Assembly: GCF_009914755.1 (NCBI RefSeq)
Contig: NC_060943.1
Length of the DNA: 64,000 nt
Direction: 5' to 3' (one strand)
Source of the DNA: the human T2T-CHM13v2.0 reference genome, Homo sapiens
Shown here: positions 1-18,115 of the stretch, piece by piece
Numbering within the stretch: position 1 is the stretch's first letter
Layout of the letters: each line of letters begins with the position of its first letter
Program-made: the position numbers and the translations under genes
The notes under the pieces: generated by a model
Told to the model about the DNA's origin: nothing
The model's database searches: none
The model's input: the letters and a program-made list of their open reading frames with translations, nothing else

Positions 1-210
1 GAACCTGGGAGGCGGAGGTTGCAGTGAGCTGAGATGGAGACATTGCCCCCAGCCTGGGTGACAGAGTGAGACCCTGTCTCAAAAAAAAAAAAAAATTTAT
101 TGGAGACGAAGTCTCCCTTTGTTGCCCAGGCTCATCTTGAATTCCTAGGCTGTAGTGATCCTCCCTCCTTGGCCTCCCAAAGAGTTGGGATTACAGGTGT
201 GAGCCACTGT
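1..210. mobile_element. Alu 3' end (+, 1-93) abutting an Alu monomer (-, 96-210)
   Basis: Alu right-arm consensus with A tail, then a reverse left-arm consensus. Confidence 0.85.
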
Positions 211-481
211 GCCCCCCCCCACCCCCTTAGTTTCTGTTTTTGAAACCTACTTTTCTCTGTAGTCCATTCTGCTATAAGGCTTATTTTGGAAAAGCAGATT
301 TGTTCCAACACAATTGATGTGTTAGAGGACCGTCGAGGTGTAACACAAATGTTGCGATGGTTGCGTGTGGTTTTGTTCAGGAGAAACACTAGGCTAGGGA
401 TTGGAAAACTATGGCCCACAAGGTGGTGGCCTGTTTTGGTAAATAGAGTTTAATTCGCAGACACGCCCATTCAGGTATGTA

Positions 482-1252
<771 letters not shown>

Positions 1253-1350
1253 TCCTGTCAGAACCACAGAGCTGAGCATTCCTGACAGAGACTAAATGGC
1301 CCGCAGAGCCAAAATTATTTACTGTGTAGCATTTTAAGAAAAAGTTTACT

Positions 1351-1709
<359 letters not shown>

Positions 1710-2329
1710 TTAATATAGTAGAGCACCTGTGAGTACATGAAATAAAACTGCCCACACCTCAGACATGCTCCAAGTCCCCTCGGGGTCCCGCATGTTATGG
1801 GCCACACCCTATCCCTTTCCGGGGTCAGACAGCCTCCCTCCAGCAGAAATGGCAGCCCACCCATGCTCACGGCAAGCAGTAAGTTTTCCCCGAGGTGAGG
1901 GTCAGACTTGCAACATTTGTATATTTCTTAGCCACTGAGCATGTGTGTAGCTGTGCTGCCCATATATCCACATGTGTCATTGCTTGGGCTCCTATCTTAC
2001 GTCATAGATGAAGTTTTGGAGTACTGTGTCCCTAACCCTTATGTCCATAAGCCCTGTGTTTTTATCACATGGGTTTGCATCCCGCAGTGTTTTTAGGAGT
2101 GCTGCCTCTGTTGCGCTACAGCAGAACTTAACCATACTTTGAAGGCAAAGGCAAACACCAAAAGGTTTGCTCTCATTCGTGACAGTAAAGTCGTAATCAC
2201 TTAATATCTCATCTGGACCTCTTGGTGTGAGAGGGCAAGGTCAAGCCCAAATTGTACAGGTCCAGTGCTCCCCATGTCCTTTGGAATCTTCAGGTCTGAC
2301 TCTTTGAGTGGTTGATGGGGCCTTCTGAT

Positions 2330-2435
2330 GGCTGACTGGGTACTTTTGTGCCTTGGTTTCCCCACCTGCAAAAAGGCGGCTGATGAGAGTATTTACCTTA
2401 CAGGTGGTTGTGGGGTAGATGCTCAATCAGTGTTG
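2330..2435 (+). mobile_element. MIR fragment (similar fragments near 6620-6730, 26110-26200, 46150-46230, 57120-57155)
   Basis: Degenerate MIR core of the cctcagtttcctcatctgtaaaa type. Confidence 0.55.
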
Positions 2436-2940
2436 GGTGTTTTGCACTTAAAAATTAGAAGATCCCCATGCTTCTATTAATTACAAAGGAGCAACAGATT
2501 TGGATGAAACCCTGAGGATCCCAGAGCTGAAAGTGAGTTTGAAGTGTCCGATCCAGTCCTTCAACTCAGAGCACTCCTATCTGTGACACCTCTGCCCACG
2601 CATCCAGTATGTGCAGCACACCTGCTCTGTGACTGACACTCTTGCAGAAGTGGGGCCACTTCAGGGACATGGACAAGGTGTTGTACCTGCTGTCACAGAG
2701 CCTGTTATCTGGTGAGTGATTGGGACATTCTGAGGGCTCATACCTTCTGGCTGCAGGTTCTTCCCAGGGGCCTCCCAGAGCTTCTTCCATAGCCCCAGGC
2801 AGGGCAAGTCTAGATTCAGTCTTGCCTGGAGACATCTGAGGATGGCTGTTCCATCCTCCTCCTCACATGTATGCAGCTCTCCTTTGAGCCCCACCTGTGC
2901 CTGTCACTTCAGGTGAAAGCAGTGTAAACATGATTAACAA

Positions 2941-3288
<348 letters not shown>

Positions 3289-4178
3289 CTAGACAGAGGC
3301 ATGGTAGCCTGAGTTCAGACCTAGCCTGGACTTTCACCCAGCCAGACTTCAGTTGTGCCTGTACCTTGTGGGATGACACATGCCCGTCTCCAACTCATGC
3401 AGGCTCTCAGTGAGAGGTAGTTGGCTCCAGCCAGCTTGCACCTCCCCACTGCTGGTCTTATCCTAGGACCACTGCAGGGAGACGATCTCTCAGTTTGGGG
3501 TCTTTGAAGGCTCAGGGAGCTCCTAGCCAGCTGACTAGGCTGGGGTCCATCCTGATAACATGAGAGAGAGAAGATGTCTGTATCTCTGGTGTGTCTTTAC
3601 TTTTCAGGCCACCAAGGGTTAAGAACCCAGCGTCAGCCAGTGAGTAGTAGACATCTGTTCTCCTTTTGAGAAAGCCTGTAGTTCAGGACTCACCACGGCT
3701 TTCCCTTCCTTGGCCTGAAACCCTCCCTGCTCAGCTGCTTGGCGCATGCTGTTCCCCTGCCTGGAACGTCTCGCCTAATTCCTTTTCCTGCCCTGGCCTC
3801 AGTCTGGGAGACGCCATCTCAGTCCCCATGTCTTGGAGTTTTAAATGAAAGCACTTTACTTGTTTGCTCCTCTTTGCCCTGTAGGGCAACCCTGGGAATC
3901 ACATGCTTCATGAGTCTAATTTACAGAAACGTAGGCGTAACTCAGCAGTGCATACCAAGCCCATACTGTTTGCTCTACACTGAAAATGAAGATGAATGGT
4001 GAAAAAAAGTTTCTGCCATTGAGAGCTTAACATTGAGTTGCAGTGAGAGATGAAGCTCCTGAGTGGCACGGAGATTGTTGCCAGGGCTCTGGTGAGGTAC
4101 GCTGTGGCCTGGTGGTTGTGGCCACTCAGGGAGGCTTGTGGCCTATATAGAAGGCGGGCTGTGGGAATGAGCTGGGGG

Positions 4179-5220
4179 GTTTGGGTTGACTGTTTAGAAT
4201 TTGAGAGTCTCTAGCATATGGCACAGAAGGTAGATGATTTAAGCTGCGTGGACATCTTCGATAAACACTGGAAGAATGGGCAGTGGTATCCTCTCTCGGC
4301 CCACTGAAGCTTCTGTGTCCATCTTGTGTCCTTAGTCCTATGCGTTGGAGTATTGGAGGAGCCAGCTTCCCCCTCTCTCCAGAGCTTCTCACCCTAGGGA
4401 GCCTCCTTCCTCCTCGCCTGGATGAGGTACTGTCTTTCTTTGTTAGTTTCTTTCTTTCCTTTTTTCTTTAAGAAACATGGCCTCACTATGTTGCCCAGCC
4501 TGGACTCATACACCTGGGCTCAAGTGATGCTCCTGCCTTGGTCTCCTGAGTAGCTGGGACTACAGGCATGTGCCACTGTGCCTGGCTTCACACTTGTGCT
4601 TTTGATTCTCATCCTTAGCAGGTGGGGCTGTTGTTTTATCTGGTTTTCTTTTTTAATCCTTGCTTTCTTTGAATACAGGACTGATTCATAGTCACTGTTA
4701 AAGAATTCAAGCAATACAGAAATGTTTACTATAGTAAGTGAAAGTTTCTTAATAATCTACTCTTCAGAGATTACTACCACTGATTTTGGTCCAGTTCCTT
4801 TCAGTTTTGATTTTAGTGAAGTTACTTTCAGTTTTTTCCCTATATACACCTTTTTTTTTTTTTTAAACCATGTAAATGGTACTATGCTATTCTGCAACTT
4901 TTCTCCCACAGTTCTTTCCATTTTTCTTCACATAGCATTGTCTGTGAAGTAGGGATGGGAAAACTGAGGCTCAGCTCAAGCATCACTTGAGCCCAGGTGT
5001 TTTGAGTCCAGCCTGGGCAACATAGTGAGACCTTGTTCTTAAAGAAAAAAGTTTGGGTTGACTGTTTAGAATTTGAGAGTCTCTATCTAGCATGTGGCAC
5101 AGAGGGTAGATAATTTAAGCTGCATGGACATCTTTGATAAACACTGTGGAAGAAGGGGCAGTGGCATCCTCTCTTGGCCCACTGAAGCTTCTGTGTCCAT
5201 CTTGTGTCCTTGGTCCTGTG
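4179..5220. repeat. Local duplication: ~165-bp direct repeat (4179-4342 / 5051-5220) plus 72-bp inverted copy (4460-4531 / 4979-5050)
   Basis: Aligned by eye: about 10 substitutions and 2 indels between the direct copies; the inverted copies are near-identical. Confidence 0.92.
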
Positions 5221-8200
5221 GTTGATTGACAGACCTCTCCCCTGGCCCATGGCCAGCCAGCGTGTGTGTGATGGAGCTGAGACCAAGTCTCTGTTCCCTG
5301 CTGTGTCTAGTTGTAGGAGCTGACTGCTTGGAACACCTTTCTGTCTCTCAAGTTAAGTTGTATCTCTCGTACTTGGCCTTAATGAAGTTTGACATTGAGA
5401 AGTCCAGAGCTGCTGTTTCCGGTGTGGCTTCCTTCCGGAATGAGTCCTAGTCACTGTTACTCAGAGATGTGCGTCAGGAAGTGGCTCGGGCCACAGTTCT
5501 GAGCAGATGGAGGTGTCTGTTCTGCATGGGAAAGAAGTATGCTTGTCAGGCAGGCTCTGCCAATGCCAAAACTTGGCCCACCTATTCTCTCCTTACCCCC
5601 TCAACAGGTCCTTCTGGGCCACAACAAGGTACCCTGGTTTGACTCTTAGGAAGTGGGAGAGCCACTGAAGGGGGTACAGATCCAGGATGTGGCTTTGGGA
5701 GCTTCCTCGGGCTATGCTGCCGGGAGGAGAGTAGACAGGGGTTCTGGGTCCAGAGGCCCATCTGTGCTGTGCATCAATCTGTGTGAAGGGCAGGGCCACA
5801 GGGGCGCTCTGGAGGTGGGCACCTGGGCGCAGGCTTGCTGCAGCTGTGTGCCTACAGGGTCCTTGTGTCTTGAGTGTTGGGCGCAGCTCACAGCTAGCGA
5901 GGCTAGCACCTGGACCCCGTTGTCATCATCTGACTCAGCACTGGTTGCTTCATGGGCCCTTCTTCCTTCCTGATAGGAAGAGGTGCCCTGAGGTGCCCTG
6001 TGCCTCCTGAGGACAGTGGCTGCCCCCAGGTTCAGGGCTCTGCTCCTCAGCATCTCCGTGGGGCTCATCGTGGGCCTCGCACTCAGCACATCCGAACTGT
6101 AGCCCAACCTTCCTTCCTCAAATCTGCTCCTCCCCATCTCAGAAAAGCCAGCCCCACTGGTCCAGTTGCTCAGGCAAAAACAAGTGAAAGAAAGCAACCC
6201 CCTCCGGAGTGCCCCAACTCCCCTCTGCTCTGTCCCCTTCCCCAGTGTAGCTGCACCATAGGAACCGCTCCCCTGCCCTGCAGTCCTCCAGCCAGGTGAT
6301 CCTTTAGAGCAAGCCAGATTCCTCCCCTCCGGCCTGGGCCAGTGCTTCCCCCAGCACATGTCTCCGCTCAGGCCCTGTCTCCTTCAGGGCTGGCTTCCGG
6401 TGCCGCCCGTTCCACCCAGCCCCCGTCCCTCTGTGTGCTCTGACTGCCCCGTGCTCTGCCTCGTGTCCCCACAGCACCGTCACCAACACCCTCTGTCATT
6501 TCGCTCGTTTTCCAGCATGGGGGTGGATGGTGTTCCCTCTGTCTTGTTCACCACTGAGTCCCCAGCCCACAGTGGAGGCTCGGTGAGCTGCTGTCGGGTG
6601 AGGAGGCAGAAAGACGCCTAAAATCCACCGTTAAGAGCATCAGCCCTGCTGCTCCCGCCAGTGCTTTAACCCACTTACTGCGAAGCCTCACTTTCTTCCT
6701 GTCTGAAATAAGGGTGTTACTATGGGTATGTTAGTGATGGGTGCCACAGATGGCATTTTATGGTAGAGTTAGTATTAGCATTGTGATCTCAGGGGTTTGG
6801 TTTTATGATTTGTGTCATGTACTTAATTTCTCTTTTAATTATCAAGAGATGCGTACTGGCCTGGTGTGCCAGAAGTGTGCTGGGTGCCTTCTGTTTGTCC
6901 CCCAAGTCCTCTTTAAGAGTTCTGGTTCCTGCCACAGCATCAGTCAGCCTTTTGGAATTGTTCTAGAACATGTTTTCTGCCTGAGGCTCTCAGGCCAGTT
7001 GGATGGTGGCATTTTACGAAAATAAAGCAGCATTCCTATCTGCCCTAAAGCCCATGGAGGTGCTCCCGGTCAGAGCTGCGCTGTACCTGTGTGGGGTCTC
7101 TAGTGTGGCTGGAACCTGTCCTTTTTGGCCCCTAGTTGAGGAAGAGCTGGGCTACGCCCCCACCACCTGCCAGCCCAGTGTGTGCGGGACGTATCAGAGG
7201 AGACCGATGCCCACTCAGCCTTGCTGGTGCTGCTCATCTGTGCTGGCTTGCAGTCCGGCCTGGGGTGTTTGGAGAGAGTGAGGAGGAGGGTGAGGCTGAC
7301 CTTCAACCTTGTGTCTCAGGCAGCCCTGGCAGCCTCAGTGCTCTCCTCTTTCAAATGGGCACACTGCTGTTGGGATCTGTCTGTGCAGGCAGCAGCCGGC
7401 AGAGGATCTCAGCCCCCAGGACGGGGCTACTCTCCATGCACTGGCAGCTCCCGCACAACCCTTGCCTGGAACTTCCGCCACCGGAGCTGCCTTCCCCTCA
7501 CTCTCCCCTGTCACTGGGAATTTTGAAATGAATCCTCATTTGCCAGTCAGGGTGACCTAGCCTCTTCACCTACTTTTAGGAAGTGTTCTAATGTACCCCC
7601 CACTGCTCTTTGCAGGAGTCATCTGTCGCGCTTTCTTCTTCCTGACAACTTTGCTCCTGGGTCTGTGCTTGCTGTGCGGTGGCCGCCAGCCCTGTTGTGC
7701 TGGGGGCACTAGTCCCGCTTGCTTCGAGGAGGGAGGAGCCACTCCTTACTGGCACCTGCCCTCCCCAGGAGCAAGTGTCCTGTGGTGGCCGAGGATTGGC
7801 CAGTAGCAGGCCCTGCGTCATTGGTCTTGGCAGTGGAGGAGGCTCCTGCCAAAGGAGCCCCCTGCACTCGGGGGCTGGCCCCACCCCCTCCAGCTGTGCC
7901 TGTCCTTCCTGAGGTGGGGGAGGGGTGCCGCAGGGCCCCGCCCCGCAGTGGCCTGCCTCTGGGAGGCACAGGCATAGGGCAGGCGGGCGCTGTGAGGCCA
8001 GCCGTCAGTGCCGGGCCTGGGATTGGCAGAGTTCCAGGCCTTAGGCTTCATAGTGAGCTGCTGTGCACCTTGAGTACACGCCAGCCAGCCCTCTGCTGAG
8101 GACCCTGACCTGCTACCACAACAGGGGGCCCAACAAGAGAGGTCTCTGGGGCTGGAGGGAGCAGCTCTGCTGGGCACCTGAGGCCCTGCTCCATCCTGCA

Positions 8201-10827
8201 TCTCTCAGAACCTCTGGGTAGCCTCTGGTCCTATACCAGTGAGAACGAAGTGAGGCCACACAGGCACGGCCCCCCTGATCTGGCTGTCAGTTCCACCTTG
8301 TCCATGTGGGCTGGAGCAGCTTCGAGAACTCATTCAGGGTCTTGGGTTCAAATGGGCTTCATGGAACTGAGCCCAGAGCTTACAGGGTGGGAGGCTGTGC
8401 TGGGAGGGGCCCTGCCTGGCTGGAACAGGGGCAGAGTGGGGAGCATGGGGGTTTCTTTGAGTCACAGGGAAGGGTGCTATGTCCTGGAGGTGGAGGTGCA
8501 TTCTCCCTGTCCACCTGGGGACCTCATCCCCAACAGTAGTTATAAGGCCAGACTGGGAAGCTTCATCCGTAGAGTGGGGCCCTTACTTGTCCGAGGTCCT
8601 GGCCTCCCCTCATCTCTCACCTAAACAGGCTTTTCCCTGCCCTGGGCCTGGGAGTGCACATACCTGCTGTCTAAGGCAGTGCTTGAAGGAGAAATGTCCC
8701 ACCCCTCCCACAGTGAGGGAAATGAGAGGAGGGGACCCACACTCTGAGGGCAGTGACTTATCTGTGGTCTCATGGGAGGCAAGACAGACAACCTGTTAGT
8801 GAGCAGTTCAGATGGGGTTTATGGGCAAGGCATGTCGGAGGAAGGAAGGACAGAGACCATAGAACTTCAGGGCTGAGAGGGACACCGTAGCATTCCTCAC
8901 CTCCCCCAGAGAAGTGAGGCCATGACCTCCACATTCGACCTCTACCTGGGCTCCATTCCACGGAGGAGCTGAGGGGCAGCTGAGCAGGAGCGGGGGCGGG
9001 GGTGGACAGGGTGGCCGGGGGCAGCGGAGGCCGCACAGTTGGTGTGGGATAGGTGGTAGGTGCAGGCTGGGATGCCAGAGGGGCTGGGGACAGGTGGAGG
9101 CAAGTCTGAAAACCTGTGCCCTTGAGATTCGGAGTCTCCCTGCCTCAGCCTGGTCATGTTAAGGGTCAGCCATGGCACCTGGGTGGTGGTGAGACAGGGT
9201 AGGGAGCACAGAGCTGCTCTGGGCCTGTGTGAAGCACCAGGGATTTCCTGGCCTTGAGGAGACCCCAGTGTTTCAAGCCGGTGCCCGGGTGCCCTGGCTG
9301 GACCACACTGGCACAACACGCATGTAGACGGCCTGCTTTCCCTCTGGCTCCAGGAGCGTGAAGCAGCTGTCTCTTTCTTTCCTTTCAGTTTGAGTGCATG
9401 AGGGGGCACATTTGGGCAGGGCCTTGCGCTATTGCTCATTTGTGAAATTGGCTCCTTTAAGGAAGCTGCAGATGAGTCAGCTCTGGAGTGCGTCCCATGG
9501 ATGGCGACAGGACCCCTGTGTTGCCTTGTGCTGCCCCCAGCTTCCAGACGGTCTGCCTGGCTCTACCTGGGACAGGCTTCCCCAGGGTGTTTGCCAGTGA
9601 GGAAACTAAGGCTCTGGCAAGATGAGTGCCCTGCCTGTGAGGACACAGATAGGACCAGAGGGCTTCAGCATAGAGCATGCCACAGGTGTGAATTGGGGTT
9701 CTCTGTGGGGCCCAAGTGGGCACCAACTGTCCCATGGAAAACTGTGACACTTCGGGAATTCCACTAGAGCTCAGCTGCTAAATTTCTCTTTTGTCCTCTG
9801 GTAAACACTGGGATGCTTTTTTAAGAACCTGACTCTCTCTGTCTCAATTCCTGTGCCCTGTCCTGTTGGGACGTCGAGGCCGGGATTAGAGCAGCCCCTT
9901 TAAGAGTGCCAGTGTCCCAGACCCTGCTGTGGAATGCCAGCCGCCTCCCTGCAGACAGACATCGCTGTGCTGTCGTCCTGTCTCCGTGAGGGTTAACAAC
10001 ACTTCAGCCTGTTGTCTGGAACCGGTTCAGACTGGTTTTCTGGAAAGTGCTTTGTCTCTCCGACTGAATCCTGGGAAGGGTCATGTGGAGCCAGTGATGT
10101 CATGGGATCAAAAACTGACTCAGCTGTTTTTTTCTTCTTTTTCTTTCTTCTTTAAATCAAGATATGTGTGTGCTGCAGGTACAGGGCAGTGGCACGTTGA
10201 TGGGCCAGGCCTCACTCTACTCAAAGTGTACCTCACTGGCAACCAAAGGGTTAAATGTGATCCCCAGTCCCCACTCCCCAGAGGTGAGCAGGGAGTGAGG
10301 AGACCTCCCTTCCCTGAAGGGGAGAAGCTGGGGTTAACTCGAGTCACCACAGCATAGGGCTAGTCCCAGGCCCCGACCCTGCTCCTGGAACAGTGCAGTC
10401 ACCGCCCTCCTGGATTCCAGACATTGCAGGTGCTGAAAATCCCAAAGGCAGGTAGTTGAGATCTAGAACAACTTTTCCTCTGTTTGCTGTTGAGCCTTTC
10501 CTTGCTGATAAGCAGCCACCTTCCACTGCTCCTGTTCAGCACCCTGCTGCCTCTGGCCCCCAACAGGGCAGGGTGTAGTTTGGCTCCACCAATGTTCAGC
10601 CACACAGTGGAGGCTGGGGACACCCCCCTCCTGCCTAGCCTTCCTCAAGGCAGTGATGAAATGTCCTGGGGATGCTTTTCTGGGCCCTGCGTTTGTTGTA
10701 CATTCTTTTGCCATCCTTCCCATAGGGAGGAAAACACTGAAAGCAACACTGAAAAGTCTCCAAGAAGGTGGCACCTTCATTGCACCCAGTTAAAATGTTG
10801 TGTCTTCTCCTCCCTCCCAAGTTCAGA

Positions 10828-11096
10828 ATGACCGAAGAAGCATGCCGAACACGGAGTCAGAAACGAGCGCTTGAACGGGACCCAACAGAGGACGATGTGG
10901 AGAGCAAGAAAATAAAAATGGAGAGAGGATTGTTGGCTTCAGATTTAAACACTGACGGAGACATGAGGGTGACACCTGAGCCGGGAGCAGGTCCAACCCA
11001 AGGATTGCTGAGGGCAACAGAGGCCACGGCCATGGCCATGGGCAGAGGCGAAGGGCTGGTGGGCGATGGGCCCGTGGACATGCGCACCTCACACAG
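10828..11096 (+). CDS. GATAD2A: GATAD2A coding exon 1 ([13 protein letters not shown]...VDMRTSH); exon starts at 10822
   Basis: Pyrimidine tract plus AAG acceptor ending 10821, ATG at 10828, donor CAG|GTGAGT at 11096/11097. Recognisable p66-alpha N-terminus with SUMO consensus IKME. 269 nt, phase 2. Confidence 0.97.
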
Positions 11097-12576
11097 GTGA
11101 GTGGGAGGAGCCAGCGGGAGGGGCTGGAACCTGGAGACAAGCCCAGTGTGCCCAGGTTGGGGCTGGCCACACTCCAGGCCTGTTGGTAACAGCTTGGCGG
11201 GGTTGTGGAGAGGGCTGTAGGCTCAGCTCGGGCATCACCCACCACTGGCAGCTGTGCTGTTGTGGCCATTCCAGGGCCCCAGGTCCCAACTGCAAGTGGC
11301 ACAGAGTGTGGGTCTCACAGGAGAAGGAGTGGCACATTCCATCAGCTCCCCTGCCATCAGTAGGCCTTTGCCACCCACGCACCTGCTGTCTGTCCAACTC
11401 GGTGCTTTTGGTTTGTAGGGACACTTGAGTTATTCATTTGGTTATGCTTCCCTGCTTTTCAGATCTAGAGGTCAGAGGGCCAGGAATGCTACACCTACCT
11501 TGGTCACTTGGCTAGGGATAGAGTTGGGAGCCCAGCCCAGGGCACCCTCCTCGGAGCGGGTACGGGATGCTCACTCGACTCCATGTTCACTTGGTGCTGG
11601 TCTTTGGCTTGCTCTGTTGGTTTGTCCTTAGTCAACACTGATTACTTCAAGAGTGACTTTCCTCATATTCACCTTTTATGAGTCTCTTAAGGTAAAAGCT
11701 TGAAATAAAAATAAGACCCAATCTACCACCTATTTCTTGACTTCAAAACCTTCCTTTCTCTCTGTAAAGACAAATTCAGACCCAGCACCTGCTCTTGCAT
11801 CACCCCTCCCCTTGGAGCTCTCCAGAATGTTCATGCCCAGACACCCACTGAGGGCTGTGGTGTGGCCACAGCTTCCCGGCTGGCCCTCTGACAAACTCCT
11901 CTGTGGCCCGTTGCTCTCTCTCCTCACCGCCCACTGGAGTCTTCTCCCTGTGGAGGGCCTGTCTCTCCACGCCTGTTCATAAGGGACAGCTGGTGGCTCC
12001 TCACCTTCCCGTGTCAGCTAACCCCACAGGATGACCCCAGCCTGCAGTCTTATGTCAAATTCGTTTTTGGAACCCAAACTGTTGGGATCCTGAGGACTTC
12101 AGAGATCATCTGGTGTTCACAGCGTTTAAAATGGGAAGATAAATGGGAAAACCCAAGCCTGCTCCTGTTGACAAAGCCTCCTAGTCTGAGGAAATATACT
12201 TTGTAGTCCTGCTGTCCAAAGAGGGCTTTTCTGTCTGACTCTGCTGTCTGCAGTCCCCATTCTAAAACCAAGGTCCTCTTCTAAAGTTCCAGAAATAAAA
12301 CTATAGGTCCAAGTCTCCTTTTCCTTTCTCTATGTTTTCAGCCAGAGACCAGTCCATGACAGCTCAGCAGGGGTGAGCAGTGAGGGGCTGGTGTGGAGTC
12401 AGGGCAGGAAGAGGAGGAGTCCATGTTCATGGGAATCTGCAGTCCATGTGCATGGGGTCCCTTGTGCATTCCTGGGTTGCTGACATGCATTTTCTCCTGT
12501 AATCACCATGTTCCCCTGCAGGGTAGGTCAGTGGATTGTGAGGGAGAAGTTAAGTGTTAAAGAAACTCAGAGTTCA

Positions 12577-12895
<319 letters not shown>

Positions 12896-13869
12896 TCATG
12901 CTTGCTTGCTGCCACTGTCTTCCAAGGGTAATCACTTTCTTGACAATATGGATTAGTTTTTCCTGCTTTGGTACTTTAAATAAGTGGGATTATATACTAT
13001 GTACCTTTTATCTTCCTGCTTTCACTCAGCATTGTGAGATTTACCCATATTGTTGTGCATACCAGTAGTTAATCCATTTTCATTGCTGTATAGTATTTTG
13101 TTTATAGAGTTTCTATTTGGGTATTTTTCAAAACTACCTTTTTTTCTTTCATGCTAACTTATTACCATCTTATGACCGAATCTGGGCATATTGAAAGCTA
13201 GAGGCAGTTTCTGATGGCTTCTAGGAGAGAGAATTTCCTTTTTCTTTAGTGGCTGGTGAATTGGAATCATCAAGAAATATATATGTTTGCATGTGTGTGT
13301 ATAGTGTACATATTGCTATGTTGGATGATTTGGAGCATGCAGAGGCAGATACAGTAGTAGAATCAGCTTTCTGCCTCCATCTTTTACTCCGCTCCCTGTC
13401 GCTCTTTAACTCAGCAGTTTTTCTCTCTCAGTCTCCCAACTTGTGTGAGTGTTTTATATTCTACATAAATTGAGGGTGGAGGGCAACTTCTGGTTGTGTT
13501 GAATGAGGAGATTGGCAGAATTGACAAAAGCAAAATGAAACAATCTCAGCATTCTGGAAAAATTGAGCAGGGGCATACAACAATCTGAGAAGTATTTATG
13601 CCTGTAACTGCTGAATTTCAGGTGAGAACAGTGAGACTGTATGGCATTTGGCCTGGAGCTATTCCTATGCCCTCTCCCATCTGTTTGGTAAAGAGGTTCT
13701 GTCCAGCCACTGTCAGCTTTGAGGACCAACAGCTTCGCTGTGTGGGTGAAAAGGAGGACTGTTCATTTTAGAGTGGTAGCAACCCTGCCTGTGGTCTTGT
13801 AGATGAGAGTGACAGTCTTGGAGATGGGCAAGTGGGGAGACACAGCGGCTCTGTTTTAGCCCAAGGTTG

Positions 13870-17180
<3,311 letters not shown>

Positions 17181-17384
17181 ATTAAATGAAGGTTAAAATA
17201 GTTTGGTTTCTGTTGTGGCATCCATAAATGTGCACACAGAAAAACAAAACCCGCAGAGGTAGAAGTTGTGAGTCTGTTGGTTTTGTGAGGCCAATCCAAA
17301 GGTCGTGGGCATGTGCTGCCCCTATGCCGAGTCTGGACTGTCAGATGAGGCTGGAGCTGGCAGGCAGAGGAGGCTGCTTTTGGT

Positions 17385-18115
<731 letters not shown>

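Noticed and set aside
4179-4342. Duplicated block as a pair of intronic snoRNAs
   Set aside because: No proper RUGAUGA C box with terminal stem and no H/ACA layout; the copies differ at the candidate box.
5712-6359. 215-aa minus-strand ORF
   Set aside because: No recognisable domain, low-complexity GC-rich intronic composition and no supporting gene signals.
10768-10821. In-frame extension upstream of the GATAD2A ATG (ATG at 10795)
   Set aside because: Lies in the branch/pyrimidine tract of the acceptor, so it is intronic unless retained.
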